The notes below the pieces were generated by a model, which made no database searches, was not told the DNA's origin, and saw only the letters and a program-made list of their open reading frames with translations. Shown in pieces: positions 39,651 to 51,259 of a stretch of 57,646 bases of DNA. Positions within the stretch are counted from its first letter, which is position 1. Every line of letters starts with the position of its first letter. Origin of the DNA: Octopus bimaculoides. Taxonomy: Eukaryota. The stretch lies in the NCBI RefSeq assembly GCF_001194135.2, contig NC_068990.1, positions 85,817,009-85,874,654 on the forward strand. Reading direction: 5' to 3'. A program made the translations under genes and the position numbers.

Positions 39651-40150
39651 CGTAGAGGGCAAAAATGGTGACGGTAGAAACGTATGATGTCAGAATGCAA
39701 TCCTGAACGAACCGTTCGATTTTTTTTCCCTCCATGTTTGCACAAGCTTTGCTATCATGCCATCTTATGCACACTGATGCATCAACTGTATTAATAACAT
39801 GTTACTGCTGCGATCGCTGCACAATTTGCAGCAACTCATATCATTGCCATCGACGTAACATTGAAATGTTTCATTAAATTTCACCCGCAACGCAATCAAT
39901 ATGGTCACTTGATTTGCTAGAAATAACAGCCAAATTTCCCCATCCCAAAACACCACATCTTTTATAATCTTGAAAAATAGGGTAGACCTATTAGATAATG
40001 TAGTCTGGATGTACACTGTCTTGAAAAAAAAAAAAGACCGAATGGTTATCGAGAGAACGGTTTTTAACGATAAATATACGTCAGTAAAAATGGTTTTAAG
40101 CTAAAAGAAACAATAATAGCAACTGCGCAGCCGTACCTGGTCTGAAGACA

Positions 40151-40181
40151 AAAATGGCTGCCACAGTGAGGTCACGTGATC
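40151..40181. promoter_or_regulatory. YY1-like AAAATGGCTGC plus CLEAR/E-box GGTCACGTGATC
   Basis: Two motifs 8 bp apart in a GC-richer unique island; motif only. Confidence 0.3.
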
Positions 40182-40252
40182 ATGGATATCATCACTGTTA
40201 GCATCGTGGAGACGACATGGAACAGCTGCATGGCTGAGTATAGTTGTGTATG

Positions 40253-40366
40253 TGTGTATGTGTGTTCAGTCTGTGTATGTGTGTTCAGTCTGTGTATGTG
40301 TGTTCAGTCTGTGTATGTGTGTTCAGTCTGTGTATGTGTGTTCAGTCTGTGTATGTGTGTTCAGTC
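40253..40366. repeat. 19-bp minisatellite tgtgtatgtgtgttcagtc x6 (perfect)
   Basis: Units start at 40253, 40272, 40291, 40310, 40329, 40348. Confidence 0.9.
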
Positions 40367-40770
40367 TGTGTATGTGTGTGCGTGTGCGTGTATGTGTGCG
40401 TGTACAGATATTCTTAAACCAACTTTCAAACATCCAAAATATATCAGCTCACAGTTATTGATTGACTGACGACAATTGTGACTCTTTAAAGAAAAGGAGC
40501 GGGAACTATAGCCCAAGAGATCTAGTGGATGCCTACATGCACAGTTGTGTGTTGAAGAAGTTCATTTTACATCATTGATGCGTTTGGTTCGCTCCTACTG
40601 AACGATACCCTTGAAAGCAGTTTTTCGTACAACTCAGATTGACCAAACCCTTATGAATGAATAAGGAAGCCTGTCGAATGAACCTTTTGTTTTGGGGTGG
40701 CAGATTTTACCCGCCGTCCTGTTTAATACTGCTATTTCGCCCTTGGGTGCCTCGAGAGGTGATAGCTCTG

Positions 40771-40857
40771 TTACAGGTCTCTCGTATGAGGATAACTTTC
40801 TTTTGTCGTCTGACCTGTCTCGAAGCCTTGGTTATAATAGATGTCTTTTTTGTTTTT
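40771..40857 (-). CDS. Candidate terminal coding exon, product unknown
   Basis: ttcttttaaatttgtcatttag| then KNKKDIYYNQGFETGQTTKESYPHTRDL*; no homolog recognised. Confidence 0.2.
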   Translation of the reverse strand, partial: KNKKDIYYNQGFETGQTTKESYPHTRDL

Positions 40858-42029
40858 CTAAATGACAAATTTAAAAGAATAACATCCAATTCCACCTCGC
40901 GACCTAGGAATATACCGCATCTCGTGAACAACACAAACATATCCTGTGCTGTGAAATTTATTCTTTTTTCAAAATATTGAATCTGTGACAGCAAAGAAAC
41001 TGATTGAGTATTTTACAACGATCAGAGATGTTAATTTTAGTTGGCGCCAATGTATTTATAAATTTTAAAAAATACTTTACGAATCCCTTGTTGATAATTA
41101 TTTAATTTATTTTTGGAATATTTATTTTTGCTATATTGAAATATATTTATCAAATCTAATAAACTATATGACATTTGTTAAATTACAACCTTCAACGTAG
41201 GATTGTAGGAACATACATATCCAAACAACTCTAATTGCTGAAGAATGCAGTCGAAAAAACCGCTAAAATTTAAAATTACAGGTGGAACTCCCCAGAGTCT
41301 AACAAAATATTTAACTCCATTTTCCTCATGAAACATTTCAACAAACGTTTTTCATTTAACAAACAAACTCAAAATTTAAAAAAGAAAACAAACTGAAAAA
41401 ATAATTTTGTCTAACAAGGTAGCAGAATGGAGAATGGAATTTTGAATGAGAGAAATTGAAAATCTAATTTTTAAAATACCACCCAACTATTGCATCAAGC
41501 TAATGATGATTGGTTGCGAATTGAACAGCTTTCTGATCAGTCTTTTGTGCCTTATCGACACAAAAACAGTCATTTATCCATATCTCAGTGGTCTGCTATC
41601 GATTTTATTAAGTTGTTAACCGAAAACAATGGCACAGAAATATTTTCTCTTTATTTTGCTGTCTTCCATTTTTCTATGCCTTTATGCATTTAAAAAAAAT
41701 AATAATTCCCCTTTAGTGAGCTCTTTTGTCTTTCTTCCTTCTAATCCCTCACGCTCTACTTCCGGCGGCTTTCAATCACACTTTTATTCATTTAAATTTT
41801 AATTCATTTAATATCATTATTTCTTACTTTTTATTTATTTATTACAATTATTATTTCCCCCCACATTCTCTGTTTCTTATTCAAGCTCTTTTTAATCGCA
41901 TCATCTATCTCTCTTTCTAATTCTTTTCTCTCTTACATTTTCACCCTCCCATGTTTCAGTTTTTGCCGTTATATCTCTACCCACTTCCATCTCTCTCTTT
42001 CTCCCCCTCTCTCACTTTCTTTCTCTCTC

Positions 42030-42067
<38 letters not shown>

Positions 42068-42744
42068 CATTATCTTGTTACATGCTTTTCTCTTTTTCCT
42101 CTTCCCTTCATCAAACACAGACGACAGCCAATGTGGTCGATCGCAGAAAGCCGTAGAGGCGAGCGATTGTTGGTGATATTGCTGATCATACCTATGGCAA
42201 AAGGCCTTCCAATCATGACTACCACTTCTCCTTGTTTTGGAATAATGTATCTAATATGTTTTCCATCCTATTATCTATGGCGGAAGGGCGTAATTTCAGA
42301 AATATTTGGTTATTACAGGCACATCTCGTGACCACGTAGAGACTCCCTAGTTATGTGTGTGTGTATGTGCTTGCGTGTGTGTATGTGCTTGCGTGTGTGG
42401 TGAGTGCTTGTTTGTATGTGTGTTTGTGTGAGTGTATGTGTGTATACATATTGTGTATATATATATATATATATATCTTCTTTTATATGTTTCAGCCTTG
42501 AGGCTGCGGCCATGCTGGGACATCGCCATTGTAATCACCTCTTAATTGGCCAATTCTAAAGGTTTGGCTTCTAGTGAAGGAGGGAGTTCGACATCGCTGC
42601 CCTATTTTGAGTTTCCTGCCTTGATATTGGCTCATCTACGATCGTGGATAGTAAGAGGTCAAGTTACCGTCTATATGATGACTCGCCACCCAATGATTTG
42701 TAACAAATCCTTTCTATTAAAGGCCCAAGACTTGGAATATTGGT

Positions 42745-42925
42745 GGGGGCAGGAGGCAGTTAATTACATCAACCCCAGTTCGTAACTGGTGCTCATTTCA
42801 TCGACCTCGAAAGGATGAAAGATAAAGTCGACCTTGGCGGCATTTCAACTCAGAACGCAAAAACGGACGAAATGCCGTTAAGCATTTTGCCCGCTGTGCT
42901 AACGTTTCTGCCAGCTCGCCGCTTT
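42745..42925 (-). mobile_element. SINE family B
   Basis: Aligns to reverse complement of the 46494 copy. Confidence 0.8.
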
Positions 42926-43190
42926 ATCCTTCATAACGAATAACGACAGATTGGAACAATTATTTAAAAAGATTTGACCCATTTACCATTTACCATGCTA
43001 AATAAAACTGACATTTTAATTTTTCTTGTAAATGAAAACCTTTGTTTTTTTCACTTTCTACTTTCTTTGAAGCGTAACATGCGAACGCATGCCGTGACAA
43101 GCAAAATAACAGAGAGCGGTTAATAAAATATGCTAAAACCTTAACATGCAAAGTGTAGCAAAATATTTTGATTTTTTAAACTACAATTCA

Positions 43191-43440
43191 TCTTTTACTT
43201 CTTTCAGTCATTTGAGTGCGACCATGATGGAGCATCGCCTTCAGAAATTTTTAGTCGAATGTATCGACCCCATGTTTTTTTATGTTTTTTTTTTTATATA
43301 AGCCTGTTACTTATTCTATTGGTCTCTTTTGCCGAACCGCTAAGTTTCGGGAACGTAAACACATCAGCATCGGTTGTCAAGCGGTGGTGGTATGACCAAC
43401 ACAGACTCAAAGACACACACACACATAAATATATACATAC

Positions 43441-43482
<42 letters not shown>

Positions 43483-43642
43483 ATACACGATGGGCTTCTT
43501 TCAGTTTCTGTCTACCAAATCCACTGACAAGGCTTTGGTCAGCCAGAGACTATAGTGGAAGACACTTGCCCAAGGTGCCAAGCAGTGGGAATGAACGTGG
43601 AACCATGTGGTTGCGAAGTAAGCTTCTTACCACACAGCCACT
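43191..43642 (-). mobile_element. SINE family A, near full length
   Basis: Same structure as 5524-5968. Confidence 0.85.
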
Positions 43643-43981
43643 TCATTTTTATTTTACTATACTTCATTTGGAGGTACATGACCTAGTGGTTAGAGCAACC
43701 ATCACCACCGTCACCACCACCACCACCGCCACCACCATCACCTTTATCACCGCCAACATCACCACCAGCATTATCATAACCATCAATATCACCAACAGTA
43801 ATAACTGCACAATCAGCCCTTAATCAGCAGCAGCAGCACTACCACCACCACCACTACCACCACCACGAGCAACACAAACACCCAACCGCCAATATCCTGC
43901 CCTCAATAACAATATAGCTAAACCAAAAAAAAACCCTCAAGGAAACAATATTACTAATTTTACTTCTACCACTACTATCAT

Positions 43982-44019
<38 letters not shown>

Positions 44020-44289
44020 GAACGGGGTTGTTTTATAGAATTGTGTCAATGGCGTATAGATAATGAATAATAATTCAAAGAGACCAAATGTATTTTCGAT
44101 TTCTGTAGAATTTACCATTTCGACATGTGGAATTATATAATGGAATTATAATGATGGAATGGACATAAATAATTGATAGAGGGAGCAGGGAAGTGCAGGA
44201 AACAGGGAAAGGGGGGGTGAAGGGGAGAGACAGTGAGAGAGAGAGAGAGAGGGGGTGTAATTAAGATATGTAGATAAAGAAGGAAGAAG

Positions 44290-44338
<49 letters not shown>

Positions 44339-44777
44339 CGTAGAAATATATATATATAGAGAGAGAGAGAGAGAAAGAGAGAGAAAGAGAGAGAGACACA
44401 CACACACACACATAGGTGGATAGATGCATATATTATATATANNNNNNNNNNNNNNNNNNNNNNNNNNNNNNNNNNNNNNNNNNNNNNNNNNNNNNNNNNN
44501 NNNNNNNNNNNNNNNNNNNNNNNNNNNNNNNNNNNNNNNNNNNNNNNNNNNNNNNNNNNNNNNNNNNNNNNNNNNNNNNNNNNNNNNNNNNNNNNNNNNN
44601 NNNNNNNNNNNNNNNNNNNNNNNNNNNNNNNNNNNNNNNNNNNNNNNNNNNNNNNNNNNNNNNNNNNNNNNNNNNNNNNNNNNNNNNNNNNNNNNNNNNN
44701 NNNNNNNNNNNNNNNNNNNNNNNNNNNNNNNNNNNNNNNNNNNNNNNNNNNNNNNNNNNNNNNNNNNNNNNNNNNNN

Positions 44778-44811
<34 letters not shown>

Positions 44812-44820
44812 TATAATTTA

Positions 44821-44924
44821 TAGGTGCAGGAGTGGCTGTGTGGTAAGTAGCTTGCTTACTAACCACATGGTTCGGGTTCATTCCCACTGCGTGGCACCTT
44901 GAGCAAGTGTCTTCTACTATAGCC
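44821..44924 (+). mobile_element. SINE family A 5' part (3' truncated)
   Basis: taggtgcaggagtggctgtgtggtaag...ccttgagcaagtgtcttctactatagcc. Confidence 0.85.
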
Positions 44925-46493
44925 TATAAGTTAGTCACGGCAGGGTTTGAACTCAGAATGCAAAGATTCGAAAGAAATACCACAAGGTATGCAGCTAGAC
45001 ACTTTTTACAGTTCTGCAGTTCAGCTCTGACAGGGAAGAAAAATCTGTAATCAAAGTCCTTCCAGCTTTGACTGCTCTGTCTTTTTCTGATTTTTTTTTT
45101 CTTTTAAAAAGAAAAAAAATCATTTTCTAGGACGGCGTTATGCAGTACATTATTTTTTTCATTAAATAAGTGAGATTTCGAGGAAATATTGTTGCTATTT
45201 CTAATTTTGTGAGACAAGAACCAATTCTCAATTATTTCCTCTTATTGTACACGGCAATTCAACATACTTTCGTCACACCTTATAATATAAAGAATAAATA
45301 AAGAATAAACTAGATAATATAAAGAATAAACTACGTAATATATACTTCATATAGTACCTAGCAGGCACTTTACTGTCAACTATTTACTTTAATTATTGAG
45401 CATTTCCGTTCCTTCATTTCATTCTCTAGGAAAACAATCGTTCCTTAATAATCTCATTTTCCAAGAAAACACTTTCACTCTCTTGCGAATGAAGTAAAAA
45501 AGCACGACTTCATTTTTGACAAGATAAACACATCTACTTTAATGAGAATACTGACAGTGAGACGCAAGGAGAGGCTTCGGTGTCTTATTATCTTTTATTA
45601 ACTTGTTTGTAACATTTCTACACATAGCAAAAGCTCTAGAAATATTCACATTTCAAATTTAAACACTCTTCCAAGATCAAAAGTATTTTCCTGTCGAAAA
45701 GTGTACACTTTCGTCATATATATATATATATATATATATAATGGGCGAACGTATTTAATGTGTTTAGATAACTGTTTTTCACACGTCAAATTATATTCTC
45801 ACTTTTTACATTTAAACAAACTACACTATGGAACAAAATCGAAGAGTTAAAGCAACTAAAGAAAGATGATACAAGCAAAGACCGTGAGAAGAACGAAGAT
45901 AGAAATAAGAGAAAGTTTAAGACAAAACCTGCTGACAATTGATAAAAGATCCAACGTTACTGAGTATGGACGTACAGGATAACTAAGTTATGAACATAAA
46001 CGAAGAGAGGGAAAAACACGAAGAACGAACAGCAAGCTGGTTATATACAACATCAAGAGAGGGAGAACTGCAATGAGATAACACGAACTAAGAACAGCGG
46101 GTAGATTATCCGTAAGATTTCCGAGAAAAGAATCACGTACGACGAGAAAATCTGAATGAAGGACAGTTACTTAATTTAAGAAATGCTAATAGATGAAACC
46201 ACGTCGGAGACAATTTGGCGCTTGTATAATACATCGGTATGAACAAGTTTTAACTGAACTCTATAATTATGAAGACATTGACTGAACTTGTTATCTTTAT
46301 TGTAATGCGTTGATATTCAGAAGTAAAACTATACGGCTGAAGAAAAGGAACCTTATTGTTTTAGAATTCAAAAACAGATATATCATAGTGAATACACAAG
46401 AAATGATTGCCCAGCATGTGGCTAACATTGCGTTACTGATGCTAATGTAGCTGTACAATATCGGAGAAAAGTAGCTCAAAATTCAAAATGGTT

Positions 46494-46724
46494 AAGGCGG
46501 CGAGTTGGCAGAAACATTATCACGCCGGGTGAAATGCTTAGCGGTTTTTCGTCTGTCTTTACGTTCCGAGTTCAAATTCCGCCGAGGTCGACTTTGCCTT
46601 TCATCCTTTCGGGGTCGATAAATTAAGTACCAGTTACGCACGTCGATGTAATCGACTTAATCCCTTTGTCTGTCCTTGTTTATCCCCTCTATGTTTAGCC
46701 CCTTGTGGGCAATAAAGAAATAAG
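46494..46724 (+). mobile_element. SINE family B, full length
   Basis: tRNA-like head with B box gagttcaaattcc; Deu/Nin-like gcctttcatcctttcggggtcgataaattaagtaccag; tail aataaagaaataag. Confidence 0.85.
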
Positions 46725-46898
46725 AAACGTTAGCAGGCCGGGCGAAATGCTTAGCGGTATTTCGTCTGCCATTACGTTCTGAGTTGAAATTCCGCCGAGG
46801 TCGACTTTGCCTTTCCTCATTCGGGATCGATAAATTAAGTACCAGTTGTGTACTGGGGTCGATCTAATCGACTGGCCCCCTGCCCCAAAATTTAGGGG
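46724..46898 (+). mobile_element. SINE family B, second tandem copy with a different 3' end
   Basis: Starts directly after the first copy's tail; diverges after aatcgact (ggccccctgccccaaaattt vs taatccctttg). Confidence 0.8.
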
Positions 46899-46899
46899 T

Positions 46900-47092
46900 G
46901 GGGTGGTTGAAAGGGTAGTATTCATGTCGTACTTCCGACACTTCATCGTAATGCCAACGGGCAGAATGAGAAAAGTTATGCCACCTCGGAATGGCAGACA
47001 CTGTAGCGTGTTTCCAAAGGTTGTCATATATTTCTGAAGAGAGAGAGGGGGNNNNNNNNNNNNNNNNNNNNNNNNNNNNNNNNNNGAGGGGG

Positions 47093-47134
<42 letters not shown>

Positions 47135-47430
47135 AAGGCGGGTTGAAGAGTTTGGTAAGGAAGTGGTCAGCTCTATGGCACCTTGTTTCCAGAGAAATGG
47201 AAGAGACATTACCAGAGTCGGTGGTCTCGTCAGATTGAAGTGACCGGTGGATGCTTTCGCAATACGTGAGCATAAGTAAACGGTGGTGAGCAAGGTAGGA
47301 TAAAAAGGAATAGCTGTGGGGAAGGTTTGTCAAGTTTGTACCGAGGAGAATTGGACACAAAGTAGGTAACAAATATGGTGCTTTCTCCGTGGGAGACTTG
47401 CCATATCTCAACCATCATGTTTTTCGATAG
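46900..47430 (-). mobile_element. Degraded LINE (CR1/jockey-group) relic
   Basis: LWKHATVSAIPR resembles the WKxAxVxPIPK motif upstream of RT; otherwise disrupted. Confidence 0.4.
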
Positions 47431-47441
47431 ATTCTACAAAG

Positions 47442-47710
47442 TTACATTATTTACATTATTTACATTCGACGGATATTTGTCCTCATCTTGTTTGTTGTTA
47501 ACACGTTTCGGCTGACATACCCTCCAGCCTACTTCAGGTGCCTTGGAGAAATTTCGAACCTGGGTTCTCATTCCTAAGGTATTTTTCGATGTTGTTATTA
47601 TTATTATTATTACTATTATTAATATTATTAGTGTTCAGGTCACTGCCTGGAATTAAACTCGGGATCTTGTGGTTAGTAGTCTGCGCTCTTAACCACTACG
47701 CCATATGCCC
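47442..47710 (-). mobile_element. tRNA-headed SINE with (AAT)n spacer, hammerhead-like 3' domain and 9-bp tandem tail
   Basis: A box TGGCGTAGTGG (47693-47703), B box GAGTTTAATTCC (47649-47660), HHR fold at 47500-47542, tail ttacattat x2.8 (47442-47466). Confidence 0.7.
47500..47542 (-). ncRNA. Hammerhead ribozyme relic (probably inactive copy)
   Basis: GGCAC-CUGAAGU-A-GGCUG(gagggUaUgU)CAGCC-GAAAC-GUGUU: perfect 5-bp stem II, stem I intact with two G-U pairs, A9 is U, GUH triplet missing. Confidence 0.55.
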
Positions 47711-47996
47711 GTGGGCATATAATAATAACATCGAAATAACATATAATAATTAATTCGTTTTATTGGCCACAATAACATCGAAAAATACCTTAGGAATGAG
47801 AATAATTATATATAATTACAAACATATATAACATACAGAAAATTGCACTACTGGGCACTGCACACATCCTACGCAAAACACTTTCAATACAGTAACCATA
47901 AGAGCATCACAGCAAACCACAGCACATACCCAAGGCACACAGAGCTGCGCTCGGTAGTGAAGTGAAAGCATGTGATAAAAATAAAAACTACTGAAC

Positions 47997-47997
<1 letters not shown>

Positions 47998-48062
<65 letters not shown>

Positions 48063-48781
48063 TGCTCCCGGAAAGATGAAAGACAGTTTCATCATCTCCA
48101 ACACCTCCGCCATCATCACCATCAGCAACATGACCATCATCATCATCACCATCATCAGCAGCAGCAGCAACAGCACTACTACCACCACCACCACCACTAT
48201 CATCATCAATGTCATAATCGCCTGTACTAGCCCGATCATCATCATCATCTCTGTCATCATAACTACCACCAACACCAGCGCCACCTCTGTCATCGTCAGT
48301 GGTGTTTGTCAACAAGGAAAGCATTTCCGAAAGCAATCACTGGTCAAAAAAAAAAATATGAAATAAAATCGATGAAAATAGAATTTACCAATCAAATATA
48401 ATTATATTGTCTGCGACTGTCAGCCGTAGGGCATGGTGGGGACGGCAGTGGTGGTGGTGGTGGTGGTGGCGGTGGTGGCGGTGGCGNNNNNNNNNNNNNN
48501 NNNNNNNNNNNNNNNNNNNNNNNNNNNNNNNNNNNNNNNNNNNNNNNNNNNNNNNNNNNNNNNNNNNNNNNNNNNNNNNNGGTGGTGGCTGTGACGGCTG
48601 CGATGTGTTCTTTATTCTGACTCGTTTCTTTTAGTTCAACTTTGATCATCATCATCATCATCATCACCACCACCACCGCCATCATCATCATCATCATCAT
48701 AACCACCACCACCATCACCACTACCGCTTCATCATCATCATCATCATCATCATCTCCACCACCACCAGCATCATCATCATC

Positions 48782-48815
<34 letters not shown>

Positions 48816-49620
48816 TCGTCATCCACCACCACCACCATCATCATCACCACCACCACCACCATCATCGTCGTCATCATCATCGTCATCATCATCATCATCA
48901 TCATGGCTATTGTATTTTTCTCCATTCTGTTTCTTTTCATGTTATCTTCCTAAACATATCTGGTCCACCGATTTCTTTTCTTTTTTTTTTGTCCTGTTTT
49001 TCTTTTGCATCAGTACCATCACCACTACTACTGTGACCACGACTACCGTCTCTTTCACCACCACTAATACCATCACCACCGCCACTGCCTTCTCCGCAAC
49101 CGCCAGCGCTATCACCACCACCACCACCACCACCTTCACTACTACCACCAGCTACTACTAATACCGTTTTCACCAACACCACTACTGACTGCTACCACCG
49201 CCACAACTGCCATTACCACTCTAGCCACCACCACCACCTCTACTACCATCACCAACACTACTTTTACCATCATTGCTACGACCACTACCACTCATACCTT
49301 GACTACTAATACTACTACTATTATTGCTACCACCACCGCTACTACTACTACTACTACTACTACTATTACTACTACTACTACTACTACTATTATTATCACT
49401 GCCGCTACTATCAGCACCACCCCTCCTTCATCATTACTACAATCACCATTATTTCTATAGCAGTCACCACCATCTTCATCTTCACCACCATCACCACTAC
49501 CTCATCATCACACCACCGATGTCTTCTTCTTCTTCCTCTACCTCTTTATCATCATCATCAACATCATTTTACTCTTTTTCCTTTTCTTCATCTGCACTTC
49601 AAGTCTTCTTCTTCCTGTTC
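47998..49620. repeat. About 1.6 kb trinucleotide low-complexity island (AAT, CAT, CAC, ACT, GGT)
   Basis: Direct reading; includes one gap. Confidence 0.85.
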
Positions 49621-50277
49621 CTCTTCTTTTAATTGTTATTATCTCTTCACCTTCTTTCCGTCCATTCTTTAAATTATAAAACTTTCTCTTATCATTTAAC
49701 AGATTTTATTCAAACTTCCACTTTCTTTTTTGTTCACAGTCGCCATATTGTCTCATGTATTTGAACCTCTTTTTATTTGCTTTCGTTTTTTAATCATTAA
49801 TTTCATTAACTGTTGACCTAGAATTGCAGAAAAACTGGACAAAATATTTTTCTGGAATATTGTTCTCTTGGAATTTATATTGTGTTCACTCTTTTCTATG
49901 TCTGTTGTTTGGAATCTTTCTTTACATTTCGTCTACCTTTGCTATTTATTGGTACATATGTATATCTGTCTGCCTTTCTGTTTCTTCATAACACTCGTAC
50001 AGCCGCTAGCACAGTCTCGCCGAGCCAAAGAGAGAGGGGGGAAAGAAGAGGAGAGAGAGAGAGCTATCGATGTGGTCTCTCAGCCTGCAAGAAACAACAG
50101 CTATATCTCACTCAGACTGCACCATACCGCTTTAAAAAGAGAGACGACACATTAATCAATGTAGTTTGAAGTACACTATGCTTGAATAATATGAGATGAT
50201 CTTGGACGGAATGCCGTTATTCTTAGCTTTGTTAAATCACAGCTTAATTTGTGCTAACCATAACAAGAAACTAGAAA

Positions 50278-50417
50278 CTTAGCGGTTCGGCAAAAGAGAC
50301 CGATAGAATAAGTACTAGGCTTACAAAGAATAGGTCCTGGGGTCGATTTGCTCGACTAAAGGCGTTCCTTCAGCATGGCCGCAGTCAAATGACTGAAACA
50401 AGTAAACGAGTAAAAGA

Positions 50418-50420
<3 letters not shown>
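50278..50420 (+). mobile_element. SINE family A 3' half
   Basis: ttagcggttcggcaaaagagaccgatagaataagtactagg...aaatgactgaaacaagtaaacgagtaaaagag. Confidence 0.85.
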
Positions 50421-50471
<51 letters not shown>

Positions 50472-51259
50472 CAAGAATACAAAGAATATATATGCATGTA
50501 TACAGACATATATGTACATACTTACATCTACATGTGTATATAGATGCATATCAGGGTACAGGACGTTAGAACAATGAACTAGAGACCACGGAACGAACAC
50601 ATAGGAAAACAGATAGCCACTTGGAATTAATCCTTCGTCAGCTGCCTCTAGACGTTTCGAAGATAAGGCAGAACGTACTCTAAAGGAAGAGAGAGGGGGA
50701 AAGAGAGAGAAAATCTCATATATTAATAGAGAGCTACAAAACATGAATTAACTGAAATTATCGGTACAATTATAAGATAAAAACTCCCTCTATTAGTATT
50801 TAAAAATAACAAGCAATGGAGATACGCATGTTTGTGCGCCTACATTTGCATGTAGGATTTCTTGCTTATGTTTGTTTGTTTGTTTGTTTGTTTGTTTGTT
50901 TGTTTGTGAGGGGGTGGTATATATCGTGGAAAAGCCAACCCAGTCATTTAGTGCGAAACGAAATTGTTAAATTACTTCGAATTTATTTTATGAGACGTCT
51001 GAATTCCTATCGTACAACTGCGATTAGTCACTGAAAGTTTGAAAGTTAGTCAGAAATAGTCAGTAGAATTACGTCACTGACCAGGTAACAATTGTGCGAC
51101 GGAAACTTTGACAGCTCATGAAATAAATTTAAAGTGAATTAGATAGTTTTGTGTGTTATTAAATGATTACGATGAAGGGCTTTTGTGCCATGTAATTGCT
51201 CAAGCTTCAACACAGGCCTCAGATCAAGTCATCTGCTACATAAGTACGACGCTGAAGTA

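Noticed and set aside
39170-39655. Lys/Glu-rich ORF
   Set aside because: Tetranucleotide (GAAA/CAAA) array.
40253-40366. CRISPR-like regular array
   Set aside because: Units are contiguous with no unique spacers; eukaryotic context, no cas genes.
45900-46200. Possible RTE LINE 3' end
   Set aside because: Only vague resemblance; too degraded to support.
46370-46480. CPACG...DAN peptide hinting at a KDZ/Zisupton transposase
   Set aside because: In-frame stop right after CPACG; match too short.
50610-50700. Minus-strand GAAACGUC ... CUGACGA-AGG-CC resembling tandem hammerheads
   Set aside because: Neither unit is complete: the first lacks CUGANGA, the second lacks GAAA.
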